Positions 49,958 to 63,000 of a stretch of 64,000 bases of DNA are shown piece after piece. The position numbers and the translations under genes are program-made. Below the pieces are notes generated by a model. It had not been told where the DNA came from. It saw only the letters and a program-made list of their open reading frames with translations, and did not search any database. The stretch's first letter is position 1. Each line of letters begins with the position of its first letter. The stretch is from Oopsacas minuta (lineage: Eukaryota; Animalia; Porifera). The stretch is from assembly GCA_024704765.1 (NCBI GenBank), contig JAKMXF010000008.1:50935-114934 (forward strand), in the 5' to 3' direction.

Positions 49958-52700
49958 TTACAAGTCAGGAGTTTCATCAGATCCACTCAACTCGTTATGT
50001 TGAATTGTTTCTATTACTTCCTCTGTCAGATCAAACTCATCAAGTTGATTCGGAGTAATATCTCCAGATAGATTGTTTTGTTGACTGGTTTTTAAGTCAG
50101 GGGGTAGAATTGATTGAATCTCTTCATCAACTAAATGGCTAGGTTCATTTTGAGCATTCGGCATCAGAAGTTGCCTGAGATGTTCTCTGCCACAATTATA
50201 GCAGTAAGGCTGTTGACAGGCTAAGCAAGCTGTGCGACTGGTAATTTTACAAATGAGGCAATGTCCCTTTCTAAATTGACTTTTGAGATCAGTCATTTTC
50301 ACAATTGGTTGCACCTGATGATGAATAATAGCATTGGTTGAGTTTTGTAATGGAAGGACTGGATTGAAGGCGGATGTTTTGTATTTTTTGATGTAAAGTT
50401 GCTACAGGACGTGATAACACATTCTTTGAACCAGGCTAGCGTGTGTTTTCTGTTTGCGGCGCTATTCCATTGATGTTTCGCTTGCTTTGAAGTTTCTCAC
50501 AGTATGTAGGCATTTACACCTGCTGAATCAAAGATGTGAAAAAATATTTCGAGATAACCGCGTTTAGACGAGCTGAAGAACGTGGTGTCCTCCCATGCGA
50601 TAATTATAAGCCTTCAGTATTGGTGGGCTTGGTATAGGCTTTCTTTCTTATTGTAATTCGGCGTCACGAATATTCTGTGATGAAATTGTTTATTGTGTGA
50701 TGTTGGAATTGCTGGAACACAGTTTGTATTGAATACTACTTCCTTATCCTCGGTTCTATACTTCTTATCATTCCATACGAGGAGACAGAGAGGCTCACAG
50801 GCTTGTAGTTGTATGGTGGATCCTATTTTGGGCTTGTGCTGGGTTGTAGCCTGGAACATGAACCAGTTATAAGCCCAAGTGAGAGGATGCATATTGGTGA
50901 CGAATATTCTAGATCAGGTGATAGTTTTTTGATAGATGAAGTGCCGTCCATGCCAGTTCCTCGTGATCCTAGGTAGGCCGCCAGGTCAAGATGGGGGAAG
51001 AATCTATCACAATAGATTATATGGCCTTTATCAAAGTATAGGTTGGCTAGCTGTAACACCACATCACGTCCACCAACATATTCTACAGTGGAGCCTAAGC
51101 ATATGTCCTGGGCTAGACTGTAATCGCTACAGGCGCAACAGATGGACCAGATTTTGACGCCATATTTAGTTGGCTTCGCTTTGATATACTGAAGCAGTAC
51201 ACTCCTGGCATAGAATTTGACCATGATCTCGTCAATGGAGAGTGATCTAACTGGTTGAGTAGATTTGACGAGTTTTTATTGGCTGCGGTAAGTAGTGTAC
51301 CAAGTTTCGCCTCAAAACGTTCTGCAGTGTTTAGGGATGGGCTCATTTGCTGATTGTTTGCAAAGTGCAACATCGTAAATTACTATTCAAATCGATTACG
51401 CGATGAATGCGTTTGAAGTAGTGCAAATGGAATATGTTTGAATCTGTAAAGTAACTACGACGATTAAGCATCTGTACAAGGGAGGTCCATAAGATGAGGC
51501 CAATAAAGCAACGAATCTCTTCATAGGTCGGCTCTTTCCACTTGCATGGTGACAGATGAAATTTCATTTGTGCTCGCTACAACATTGTGTGTTGTAGAAT
51601 GCTCCTGAAATCATAGGGTCGGAATATGGCGGCAAAGAATTGGATTGGTTCATCACAGTCTAACAGGTAGATACCTTGGATGAGAGAGAGTGTTGTTGTG
51701 TTAGGGGAGTAGGATGTAATTGGTGAGTCGGTTCTGGAATGGCTAGTGGTACATTTTGGAACATTTACTCTGGTTCCGTGATCACGTGTGCTGCATCCTC
51801 GAAAGGTTCGTGATAGCATGGGGCTACTTCTAGCTCTTCCGGTGTAAATATTGGATTTCCAATGTCAACAGTATGTTCTGAATCCAACAACTGGGGATAG
51901 AATCGTTCTATGGGTGTTCCCAATTGGCCATCCTTGTGTGTTTGCTTGTCTTCCCAATTTGTATTCCAGTCTCTTCATTGGCGTACACTTGAAGATCGAT
52001 GCGTTCCTGTCCAAATGGAGATTGTCAAGGGTACTTTGTAACAAAGATGTGCCCTTTCTCCCAGTTCCTTGATTTTTCAGGATGATACGTGGGAAATGGT
52101 TATCTCGGATCATAAATAGACACAACGCTATGTATTACCACTGATTGTAGGGTATGCGAACCATCGACAGGATCACCAATATAGTTAATATATGTAAAGC
52201 ATTTCACTGATTTGGATGATGGATTGTGGTGAAACGAAAGAGTTTAGATTTTTAGATACAGCTGGACTGGAAGAGCGCTCTCCTTGATAGGTGTGCGTGT
52301 GTCGGAAGTTTGTCCTGTTGAAAACGTTGTTACTGACTGATTGAGAGCCTTATAATTCTCTGTTTCAATATTCGTGTCAGGAAACTGGGATGAAGGGGTT
52401 GATTGGATGTAGAGTTGTGGTAATGAGAATGTTAGTTGAGTAGTTGGGCTAGCAAGTGGTGAATGTAAGGGATGCATGCAGTAGGTAAGATTGGGTGTAG
52501 TAGGAGAGGTGAGGGAGTTTCTAGAAAGCTATACAATTCATAATCTTCACTAGACACATCTAAATCTTCATCATAGGATTGATGGCAATCTTGTATTTGG
52601 GTGGACTATAGGGAAATGTCGTTACTACTGATAGCTCCTTGATCTGCTAGAAACTGATACGAGTATGTCGGCTGATTGGGTTGATTCACTTGATTAGCCA
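49958..52700 (-). pseudogene. piggyBac-family (PGBD-like DDD) transposase relic
   Basis: WKEPTYEEIRCFIGL, LHFANN, SIDEIMVKF...YIKAKPTKYGVKIW, IIYCDRFF, YNYRMGG, C-terminal Cys-rich CLICK...CLAC...YCYNC; many frameshifts; TTAA-bounded TIRs not found. Confidence 0.82.
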
Positions 52701-53115
52701 TCTGTGTACTAATTAGGTATATTTACTGAATAATGTTGTAATTTGTAAATGGATAGGGTAATGAAAGTTATTGTTTTAAAAGTAGACTGCAAACATGTTT
52801 ACCGGCTGGGCTCTATATATAGTAATTAAAGGTGTTTACTTGTGTCTATTCAATATGGCATAAGGAGTACTAAATGGTTTGAGTATTGTTTGTGCCATCA
52901 TATGGCATAGGAACATGTCCTCATCTGACACAATCTATATTTGTTCTGAGATATTACTAGATTTGCTATTTTAGGATTGATTTTTGTTTCATCATATGTG
53001 CTTGTTCTAATATTACATAACCCATAATTATGCTAATGCATCAACAGGGTGGAGTTCGACCAAACCCAAGGTCGTATTTTGCAAGAATGTCTTTGCTAAC
53101 ACCAAACATGCTATA

Positions 53116-54438
53116 TCAGGGCGTTCAATAAGTCTTCCGGGTCATGATATATCTTAGGAATTAGTCAAGTAATATATCTAAATTTTATATATTATAAGCC
53201 CATATAGTTAAACTCCATATACTGAAAGTTTCAAGTTTATTCAATACAAATTATGAATGTTGGAGATAATTACGTGTAGTCAATTTATACCTACTGTTGA
53301 ATTATGGCTTCAAAGGATGATAATTTCAACCTCAAATGGCGAGCTTACATGGAGTTTCGCACAATACTCAAGATCTAGCTCGTACAGATCTTCAGCGAGT
53401 TACAGGAGATATTATACATGGATTGCCCTTCCAGATCTACTGTATAGCGATGTGCTGCCCGTTTTAGATCTGGTGATGCTGATGTCACAGATTTGCCTCG
53501 ATCTGGAAGACTGGTATCCGCCACCACTTCAGAGAATATCGCACTCATTGAAAGTATTGTCATGGAAGACAAGTGCATTACTGTCAATCACTTAGAACAA
53601 AGTATGGAGATTTCATCGGGAGCTATTCATACAATTCTGACGACTGAGCTTGGCTACCGATCGATTTGTGGGAAATGGGTCCCGCATAAGCTCAGTGAGA
53701 ATCAAAGGTTGGCACGACTGAATATTGCCAAGAAACTCTTGGAAACTTATGAGAACTGCGATTCTAGACGCCTAACAGAGATTACTACTGGTGACGAGAC
53801 GTGGGTGTACTATTCAACACCATATAGCAAGTATAAGAAGTGATCATGGGTGAGGGGCGACGAACAACCGGCGAAAATTCCTAGGCCCGACTTCAGAAAA
53901 CCTAAGATTATGTATACCATCTTCTTCAGTAGTCATGGAATTGTCTTGCAATTACCTTGTGAGAGTGGCAAGGCTGTCACTGTTACTTTCTTTACAGGGC
54001 AAATGCTTCCAAATTTTATAAAAAATACAGAAAGTTCCGCCCGAAAACCGGAACTCGAGGAATTAAGATTTTAATTGATAACGCCAGTTCCCATACAGCT
54101 AAGCTTACCAAAATTTCTTGGATGTAGAAGGGTTAGAATTACTTCTCCATACTCATCAGACCAACTTTGTCTGATTTTTGGCTATTCCCCAAGCTTAAAA
54201 TCTACCTTCAAGACAAAGATTTTAACACTTCACAAGCACTCGGAACGGGCCTGTACTAACACTTCAAATCCATCCCCGAAGAAGATACATAAATGTGTTT
54301 TACAAGTGCGTGGAAAGGTTAAAACCTTGTGTATCTGCAGGAGGGGATTACTTTAAATAAATAATATAGTGAATTAGTGTGTATAGTGTTTGTATCATAT
54401 TCTATGATATCGCACGCAAGACTTATTGAACGCCCTAG
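53116..54438 (+). mobile_element. mariner (DD34D) transposon, full length, decayed transposase 53304-~54356
   Basis: TIRs AGGGCGTTCAATAAGTCTT at both ends, TA flanks; WVPHKL, TGDETW, IDNASSH, eroded YSPDLAP; N-terminus MASKDNF resembles the element at 43-1378. Confidence 0.9.
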
Positions 54439-56674
54439 TAGATGGACTATTTCTTCTAAAATTTGAAATTTGATGTCACGGACAAACAAAGCTATTTGGT
54501 GAATGTGCGATTTTAGAGGAATTACTAAGAGGCCAAACACTATACTCCCTAAGAGGTGTCCACCCCACTGTAATATATGTATCACGATCTTACTCAATTT
54601 GCAATCATAATAATTGAGCGGCTACATTGTCAGATATAAGAACATCATACTTAGAACCGGCTTACTCTAAATATATGCACCTATAATGTATACATGTTAA
54701 GAGAACATAGCTTGAGGCAGTGAATATCGCATATAGGAACCATTGAAGGGACGCAGTCTTCACGTACTTATATATATATATGTATATTCAAGAGCATACT
54801 GTTGATAAAAATATTCTGCTACCACAAATGGCATTCTTATAAGCGACATAGGGGGCAAGTTTTGTGCCTGGAGGGGTCTGAGCGCACCTCCCTAGTTTGG
54901 GATTCAATGATAAGCAATATCCATTATATTTATCACATTGCGATATGTCAGCTATAAGAACATGCCGGATATAAGAACGTTCTATGCGATTCCCAATGAT
55001 GTTCATTTAAAAGGTATCCACTGTAATGGAAAGACGAATTTATCACTGAGCTTGGCTCATTCTCAGTCTTTCAGTTTGACTTTCGTAATATCAGTAAGAA
55101 TAATAAGATTGATTTCAGGTATTGCATCTAGAAACAGTGATACGCTATCCACCATTTGGAAGATGATGGTCAGCCACTTCAACGCAACATCTTTAGTAGT
55201 GAATATCTAAATGGATTGATGCTTATGAAAAAATATTACGTATCTACATTTTCACAATATGGAACAATTCAAGCGCATTACAATAGCCGAAATATCATAT
55301 AAGTTAGGGGGATTGGGAAACAAAGGTAAGCCTAAAACACTAACTCTCTGGATGTAAGATATATACAAAATGCTACGCAAAAATATCATATGAAATCGTT
55401 TTTAGCAGGAAATGTCGCCAACAAAACTTTGTAACTATTTTGAAAACAAAAACATGCCAATATATTTTATAAATGTCAAATAAATAATTCATCAACTTGG
55501 TATTGATTGAATGCAATTAGCAGACAAGAGTCCAAGATTGGTAGAAACATGTAAGAATCATTACATAACCAAACGAAGGTAATGCAATATACTAAAAGAC
55601 ACAGAGGTAAATCTAAATGTGCATTTGAGAAAACCCTCAAAGACTGATCAATCCAAATTTAGAATTTCGTGTATTTTAGTCATTATCTACGCTTCGCAAA
55701 TGAATCAACTGTTTTAGTTCTTTCTTGATTCAAGTATATACATATATTTATAATTATATTTATATAAACTCCCTATCCATAAATATTGGAACTCCCTCCC
55801 CAATTAGCACATAATGCCAATATACACGCCAGTATATTTGCATAATCTATGTTTATAAACATTTATGGCCATTATTACACCTGAAACGATGAAAAAACTA
55901 TATTGTTATACATTCTGTCAAATCCACGAAGTATTCCACATAATTTCGTAGTTGTACCACTTATTCCACAAGTGATAGAGTATCCCAATACTCCAAGTAG
56001 TAGTATATGTATATATATATAAATACATACATATCACTAATACACTGCACGAATATCTTATTTCATTATTGTAAACTAGCACAACAGCATTCTTTATTTT
56101 ATATACCCAATATACGAATGCGAATAAAAATCTGTAACAATGCATTATTCGGATATTAGGGTATTCCAATAATGTAATGTTGTTTCTGGAGCATGGATCT
56201 AATTCAATGAAATTATAAATCAATATTTGTGTTGATAAACGATGAATAATCATTTCTTTAATATTTCTTCCTTTTTGTAATTGGGTTATTTCTGAATCGT
56301 TTGAAACTTTCGGAGGTTTTACTATATACCAATTGAAACGTTACGACCGTATATGTGGAAATTTTCATTGAGTTTCCGTGAAATTGAAATCGTTTTAGAG
56401 TATAATTATTCGTTAGTTATTTTACTAAAATATTGGATTCCTGATTCATAATCACTCTCAGGGTGTATGGGTTTTTCGGAAATTTCAAAATGTAAACACT
56501 CCTAAAAATCCAAGGAGCTGTAGCATTTTGAAATTACACCAAATTGATGGAACGTACTCGGTTAAGATAAAATACAATAATATATACATTCAGGTACAGT
56601 ACCATACTCAAATTGAAATTTAGCATCCAGAGACAAAAGATATCAAATCAAAACCAAGGAATGTCTTACAAATG

Positions 56675-57646
56675 CTAAAGAAACATTAGAACCAAGAAAA
56701 TTAGATAATAATTAAAGTTAATGCAATTGCTTCCATTTGTAGGTTCCAAATTGGTTGTAACAATAAAATTACAATAGGAGTTCGATACACAACCCGTAAA
56801 CCCGGGAATTGATGAGGTAATATTGATAAAATATTCAGAACCAGGGATTAGTGAAGTAATAGTATATGAAAATGAATCCGAAACAATAAATTGCTGATAG
56901 TCAGAATTGTAAATTTCAATGCTCAATGAGAGATTGAACTGGGAAAATTCGAAAGAAGCATTTGATAATATACTCCAAGAAAGTGATATTGAATTTTGAG
57001 TAATATTGTCGATCATACATAAAGCAAGCGGAGCTTCTGTTGGAAATTCAAAAAGAAGAGGTAAACTATACATTCCCTGGCCTATCTGATTGACTGCGGA
57101 TACAGAAACTTCATAGGGTACGCCTCCAAGAATATTATGCAATAAGAGAGAATTATTATTGGCCGATGTATTGAAAATGGAGTTTGTATAGTTTTCAGTC
57201 AGTAAGATCATATAATACTGAACAGGTTTATGATTATTAAACGGAGCAATCCATTTGATAACAACAGAACAACCAAATTCAATACTATAAACTGGGGTTT
57301 CAATTTGATCAGGAATCGCAGCTACAATGATCTCTGACCTCAATCCACGAGAGAGATCGAAATGGTTACTAGTTGTATTGTAGGTGAGTGTAACACATTG
57401 AAAAGTTGTTCCATTCAAATCGGAATGAATATTTTTCACCACTAATTCGCCATTGGGAAAAATTGAATAAGGTTCTCCAGAGGTAAGCCCATAAGAAGAA
57501 TAAAGTTTGTCATTAATTTGCCAGCTCGGAAATTGGCAAGAAAAGGGAATTGTACAATTGAAGGAAGTAGTACTATTTGGTAAAACAATTAATGAATAGC
57601 ACAACTGAAATAAAAATATCACATAAAATACCAAGACAAATGCCAT
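56675..57646 (-). CDS. secreted, probably GPI-anchored Ig-like + 2x fibronectin type III cell-surface protein, ~323 aa
   Basis: Hydrophobic signal peptide MAFVLVFYVIFLFQLCYS; Ig-like C..W...LVVKN....NGTTFQC; FN3 IKWIAPFN...Y.VSVSAVNQIGQG; second FN3 ISLSWS...LIPGSEYFINITS; hydrophobic C-terminus with no cytoplasmic tail; many N-x-S/T sites. Confidence 0.85.
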   Translation of the reverse strand: MAFVLVFYVIFLFQLCYSLIVLPNSTTSFNCTIPFSCQFPSWQINDKLYSSYGLTSGEPYSIFPNGELVVKNIHSDLNGTTFQCVTLTYNTTSNHFDLSRGLRSEIIVAAIPDQIETPVYSIEFGCSVVIKWIAPFNNHKPVQYYMILLTENYTNSIFNTSANNNSLLLHNILGGVPYEVSVSAVNQIGQGMYSLPLLFEFPTEAPLALCMIDNITQNSISLSWSILSNASFEFSQFNLSLSIEIYNSDYQQFIVSDSFSYTITSLIPGSEYFINITSSIPGFTGCVSNSYCNFIVTTNLEPTNGSNCINFNYYLIFLVLMFL

Positions 57647-59839
57647 CAAAATACTGCTACATAGAGACAAATTAAATAAATCAAGATTAGTATCAAAGCT
57701 ATTAAAATTAATTGCAAAAATCTCAAATCACAGTCTGTGCAGAAGTAATTTTCCTTGGCCCACCGGTTAATTCAATATTTAGGTATCACGTGTATAATTC
57801 ACAATAATGTTAACATACAAGATTTAGTGTATTTTTAGTAAAGAGTGTTTGTTTCACCTAAATAACGTAAAATTGCAATTTGAGTGTATCTCTTAGGGTA
57901 TTTGCATGTCTGGTATTTGTCGACATTCATGGCCCAAGTGATTAATAATTGCGAAAACGACTGAAAAATAAATTGTCAAAATGATGAAATTATATATTAG
58001 ATTAGGTGTCATGCTGAAATCATTAATTTTAGTCGTCTCTGTACTACCTAGACTTATTCAATTAACGCGAAAACTGAGAGTTTCACCTTCTTAAGAATAT
58101 AATGATCCTCTATTAGAATAGGGATATTTCTCTATTATCGAGCATTTGGGGGGAAAAATAACAATTTTATTGAAAAACTCTCCCAAGTCATTCAGGATAT
58201 ACCCAAAGTTCCTATAGTAGATACTGTCAATCCCATAGCTATTATTCAAACTGTGTTTAAACTTATTCTCAATGTGTTTGAATGCTTGATAGTTCTATAA
58301 TGACAGAGGCGAATACCTATACACTAATAATATAGCTCATCGTCTTTTTTGTTAATAGTTATTGAGATATTTTGACATATGCTATAGGAGAGGTCATATA
58401 AAATCTGAGAAATGTCAAAATATTTCGAGGATCAACTGAAATAAAATGAAAAATATCATTTGTGAATATGAAATTGACTATTACGGAATGATTAGTAAGA
58501 AGTTGAGAGTATAGCGTTCATAGTTTTTTATAGCCAAAATAAAATAAAACACCTATTCTTAGCAACACAGGAAGGTGTCCATATTCTAACCATAAAAACC
58601 ATTGTTTTCAATCAAACTGCTCTCCTTTGTCATGATATACACCAATAAAGCATTAAAAACACTGTGAACATGCTGTAATAAAAGATTGAAAAGCAGCATT
58701 TTTAGTTCGAGATAGCTTTTTGCGACTCCGCATTATAATATCACATATTTTGGACAGTTTCGAAAGCATACTTTGATACCATATTCCTAGATGTCATAAA
58801 TACATATCAAAGCTCTATAATATTTCTCTCTCGAGATATGTGAAAAAGAACATTTCTTGTCATCATTTTTGTTTTGAATTCTAGTCGGAAAAGTACACCC
58901 GTGTGTCAAGGAGGTCATGTGTGAAGATTCAGAAAAATGGGAATGAGATATGTAACCAGGCTGCCGAATAATTAGGGTAACTTTATATCTCAAGATCCAT
59001 TCGTTTAGGCTCAATATACGTTTGCATATTGGTAGAAGAGAAAATAATCAATATTATATTAAACTGTGATGGATTTGTTTGGGACCAACTTCAACATATA
59101 CTGAGTGTCTTATCTTTCCTTGTCTTAGGTCAACCCTAATTTTCTGAAGCATGTAGGCAGAGACGTCGATAGCTAGAAAGGCCCGCGTTAAGTTTTTATG
59201 CGCACCCTAGTATTTACAACAATATTGAGTCTTTACACTCAATAATGATGTGAAATATAACAAGATCAACAAAACTGGAATTTACTGATGTTCTAGAAGT
59301 TAATTCTATCTAGATAAATTTAATTACTTCAGAATTCAAAACGAATATAATATTATCTAGCCAACTGAATTTAACTATTTTGACAATCGAACTGAAAAGC
59401 CAGGCAGGCCCAAAAGAGGGAATTGTTATTCATTTGATTAGGAGCGTTACCTTAGAGAGACACTATTAACGAGGATTTGTTAATGTAGAAGAATATCTAG
59501 TAATTAAACATATTTTCTATTTCAGAATTACTTGCCAGTAACTATTGACTGTTTAGGACCCAACCCAGAAGTTATGGTGTCTAGTGGCGAAATTTTGGCC
59601 ATTTTTAGACAAATTTGTTTTAATGAGTTTATTATATAGAAACATACTCACATCTATTGTAATCATCCCTACATTGAAATTTTTCAAATCCGAGTATTCT
59701 AGAGTGAGTTATGTGACAATTTGTGACGTCATTTCCTCTAAAATAGCATTTTTTGGTAAAATTTTCGAATTTCCTTCAATTTAACATTCTTGGCAAATAA
59801 TTCTCCTATATAATGTATATAATTATTTATTTCTATTAT

Positions 59840-59910
59840 GGGTCCTGCTGGCCCAGTGGAAAGAACTACTTCCCACTCAGAAGCAGGTCATGGATTCGAA
59901 TCCTTAAGCA
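59840..59910 (+). mobile_element. tRNA-derived SINE-like head (Pol III A and B boxes)
   Basis: A box TGGCCCAGTGG 59849-59859; B box GATTCGAATCC 59893-59903; not a canonical cloverleaf. Confidence 0.6.
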
Positions 59911-60023
59911 GTACTCTCTTTTATCGATCAGAATTTTATCAGCTGATTTAATTATCCCCCTCTTGATTGGAGATTATCACACCTTTTTACTGCTTTGTAT
60001 TGTTTGTTATCCGTCAAAAGTAA

Positions 60024-60084
60024 GGTGATGTCCTAAGACAAGACATAACTTAACTGATGAGTCCTAGCGGGACGAAACACCACT
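60024..60084 (+). ncRNA. type III hammerhead ribozyme fold
   Basis: GTC triplet 60030-60032; stem I CTAAG/CTTAA (C.A mismatch at the base); core CTGATGA 60054-60060; stem II GTCC-TAGCG-GGAC; GAAA 60074-60077; stem III GGTGATG/CACCACT with one mismatch. Confidence 0.75.
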
Positions 60085-63000
60085 ATAATATGTATGTACC
60101 CAAAAATATTTTTTATGAATCTTTAGCCTCAATTATCTCAAAACTATGTTTTCGCCATGTGACAGGATATTTTTGAAGAATGACTGATTCTTATCCACTG
60201 AAAATCTATGGTAAGTATTTATACAATGTTATCTGAAATCTGGACCACATTTGGAATGAATGAACGAATAATTTTCATGTTATAACACCCCAAGCCCTGC
60301 GGACTCCGGTTCTTAGCTTATTTTTGCCAGACCCCACATCAAACGTTAATATCTTCTTATTGGCGAGGCACTCGTGCCTAATTTTGGTCCAGATATTAGA
60401 ACTACATATTGTTAGCATATATAACAATTTATAGGTCTTAGGCAATAGTCCTTCTTCAAATATAACCTGTGATATGTACCGAACTTTAATGTTACGCCTA
60501 TGGGAGGACTTTTGCCCCCTTTTCATGTCCAATTCGTAATACACACTAGATACATCGGGGTTTATGACTATTATCTCTTAGTTTGGCTAGTCCAACGAAC
60601 TGGAAAACACTAAACATGTATAATAGCATATACTTTAGAAAATAGCCCATACCGTAATACAAAGATCGCGGCAAGACTCCTTAATAATGTAAATAATGTT
60701 TCTATACATTTATAACATTCTGGTCTGAGTATATGAATCCACACTCTACAAAGGGAAATGGGAAATGTTGAAATCATACCAATATATAGGGCGTATAATT
60801 TTAACCATTTGTCAAATTAATTGCTTTGTTTGCTAGAAGAATTGAATTTTCAGTTCAGTTGACAAAATAATTGAATTCATTTGTCAAGTTAATAGTGCAT
60901 CCATTCAAAACAACTGAGACAATTTTTTGGACTGTCATGATGGCGTAATAATCTCATGATGAGTTAACGTTCGGTCAGAATCATTACGTCTGGGCATTTG
61001 TTACATTGAGGGTACCGGTGATTAAATTTCAACCTTCTATCATGTATTTTGACCGAATAACGGCTAATAATGTGATATTTCTTAAGTGCAAAAAGAAGAC
61101 AATTATGTCATAATTTCTTCATAGGTATGAATTTTTGTCCAAGACTCGAACAGGCTCGAGCCAGGCGGAAAATACCCCTGTGGCCAATATTCAGCACTGT
61201 GGTCTTCCACTTTCTTCAATTAATTCTGAACATACAAATATATAGATACACAGTTATAAATTAATTGCATTTGAATAGTATAGATTAGCGCGTTTCGCTT
61301 GCTAGAAATCAGCCGTGGATTCCTTCGCTTGCTAAAACTCAGTCATGGGATTCCTCTGCACAGAGTCGCTGAATTTTCCATATAGGGACATTTTCGACCT
61401 GGTTCGGACTAGTTCGAGTCTTGAAGGAATTTCAAAACTATGACGCCATTGTCACCTTTTGGATTATGGAAATAATCACATTATGTATCACTGCTCATTC
61501 AATATACATGATAGAAGTTTCAAATATGAATCATAGGTACCGCACGAAGTGACACTATCCTGACGTCATAAGTCTGCCAAAAATCTAGATCTTTATAGGA
61601 TTATTGCATCATGGTTGTAAGATATATCCAAATTATCCAAATTTCGGAAAATTTCAGCATTTCTTGATAATTGAAGCACGGGGGTGCCCGAGATTTCTGA
61701 CCAATAGCGACATAGTAGTTCCAGTGCCACCATAGAAGGCCATTAAATGGAATTTGGATGGAGCATGGAGAATATATAATACAAATTTCGCAAAAGATTT
61801 TCTTCGAGGCATATTGTGCCGAGTATAATACTAGGACGCGGAGCCAAGCCAACCATCCAAAATTTTAGCTATTTATGACTTAACCCGAGCTAATCCGAGA
61901 TTTTATACTGTCGGGCAGCGACCTGGGGTGCGAAGCGCGCAAGTACTTACTGCTAATGGGCAACCGCACAATGATTTGCCTATTTCTGTTGCTATATACA
62001 GTAGTACATGGATATAGTAGATTTTTAAATAAATTTTGTTGAGACAAACTAATTGATTCCGTGTGACCAATAACCTGAACTCCCAAAGTATTTCCATTAT
62101 GTTGTTTGAATCAACAGTTCTAACTCTAATGTAGATGGATCCTCTATAAAGTCTATATATTTCATGTTTTCACCTTTCCAAATTGTATAAGTGTACGCTC
62201 ATTGCTCTTCTGAACTCGCTCGCTACGCTCTGAATAAAATTTTGTGGTTGTGCACGATTCTGGTTAATGCCAAGGGAAATATGAGAGCTGATACAGTGAA
62301 CATAAATATATTTACACACTTCTGCCCGAAGTATGTAATATTTTTGAATATGCGCATAATGATTTAGTGGCAACTATAGAAACGCTATTGAAAAAATTTC
62401 AGAATATTTGACCTGTATTTGGTGCAGAGAGAGATAACATTTTGTGAGCAGGGTCCTGGAGATCTTTTGTCTGTTCACACTCTCGATGCTACAGCGTATA
62501 CGAATAGGGCGCAAGGAGTCCGGGCGACGGTTCGGTTTCGGGCCGTTAGCCCTTCAATCTGGATCTACATCTCAGACAGCAGTTAGTACAATTTCTCAAG
62601 CGATTTCCTTAGCTTCAACCTCATTCGGTTTGTCTCTTACAACATGTCAAGAACTAGGTTGTCTTCGAATTGATAAACGATGGGATGCCCCTGAAAGCGT
62701 TGCTTCTATGGAAATACTATGTATACAACTTGTACACCTTCTCCTACGATGTGCAACACTCTACCAGGTCACTACGTAAATTTTAAGGTTTCAAGAATTT
62801 GTTACTGTATATAAATAAAACAACAAATATTTTTACATAAGAGAAACTTAAAAGCCAAAATCTGATTCAGCTTACTTTGTTACCCCATTCTACTTGTATT
62901 ATAAGATTTCAACTAATTGTTGAATTTATATTCATAATTCATAATCAAACAAAAGACAACAATAAATTTACATAAGGGAAATTTGATAATGACAAAATTG

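Noticed and set aside
61285-61350. Minus-strand hammerhead-like repeats (CTGA...AGCAAGCGAAAC)
   Set aside because: The core is degenerate (CTGATTT) and there is no stem II of adequate length.
62440-62780. GC-richer coding-like segment (111-aa ORF and minus-strand fragments)
   Set aside because: No recognisable motifs; probably a TE relic but cannot be assigned.
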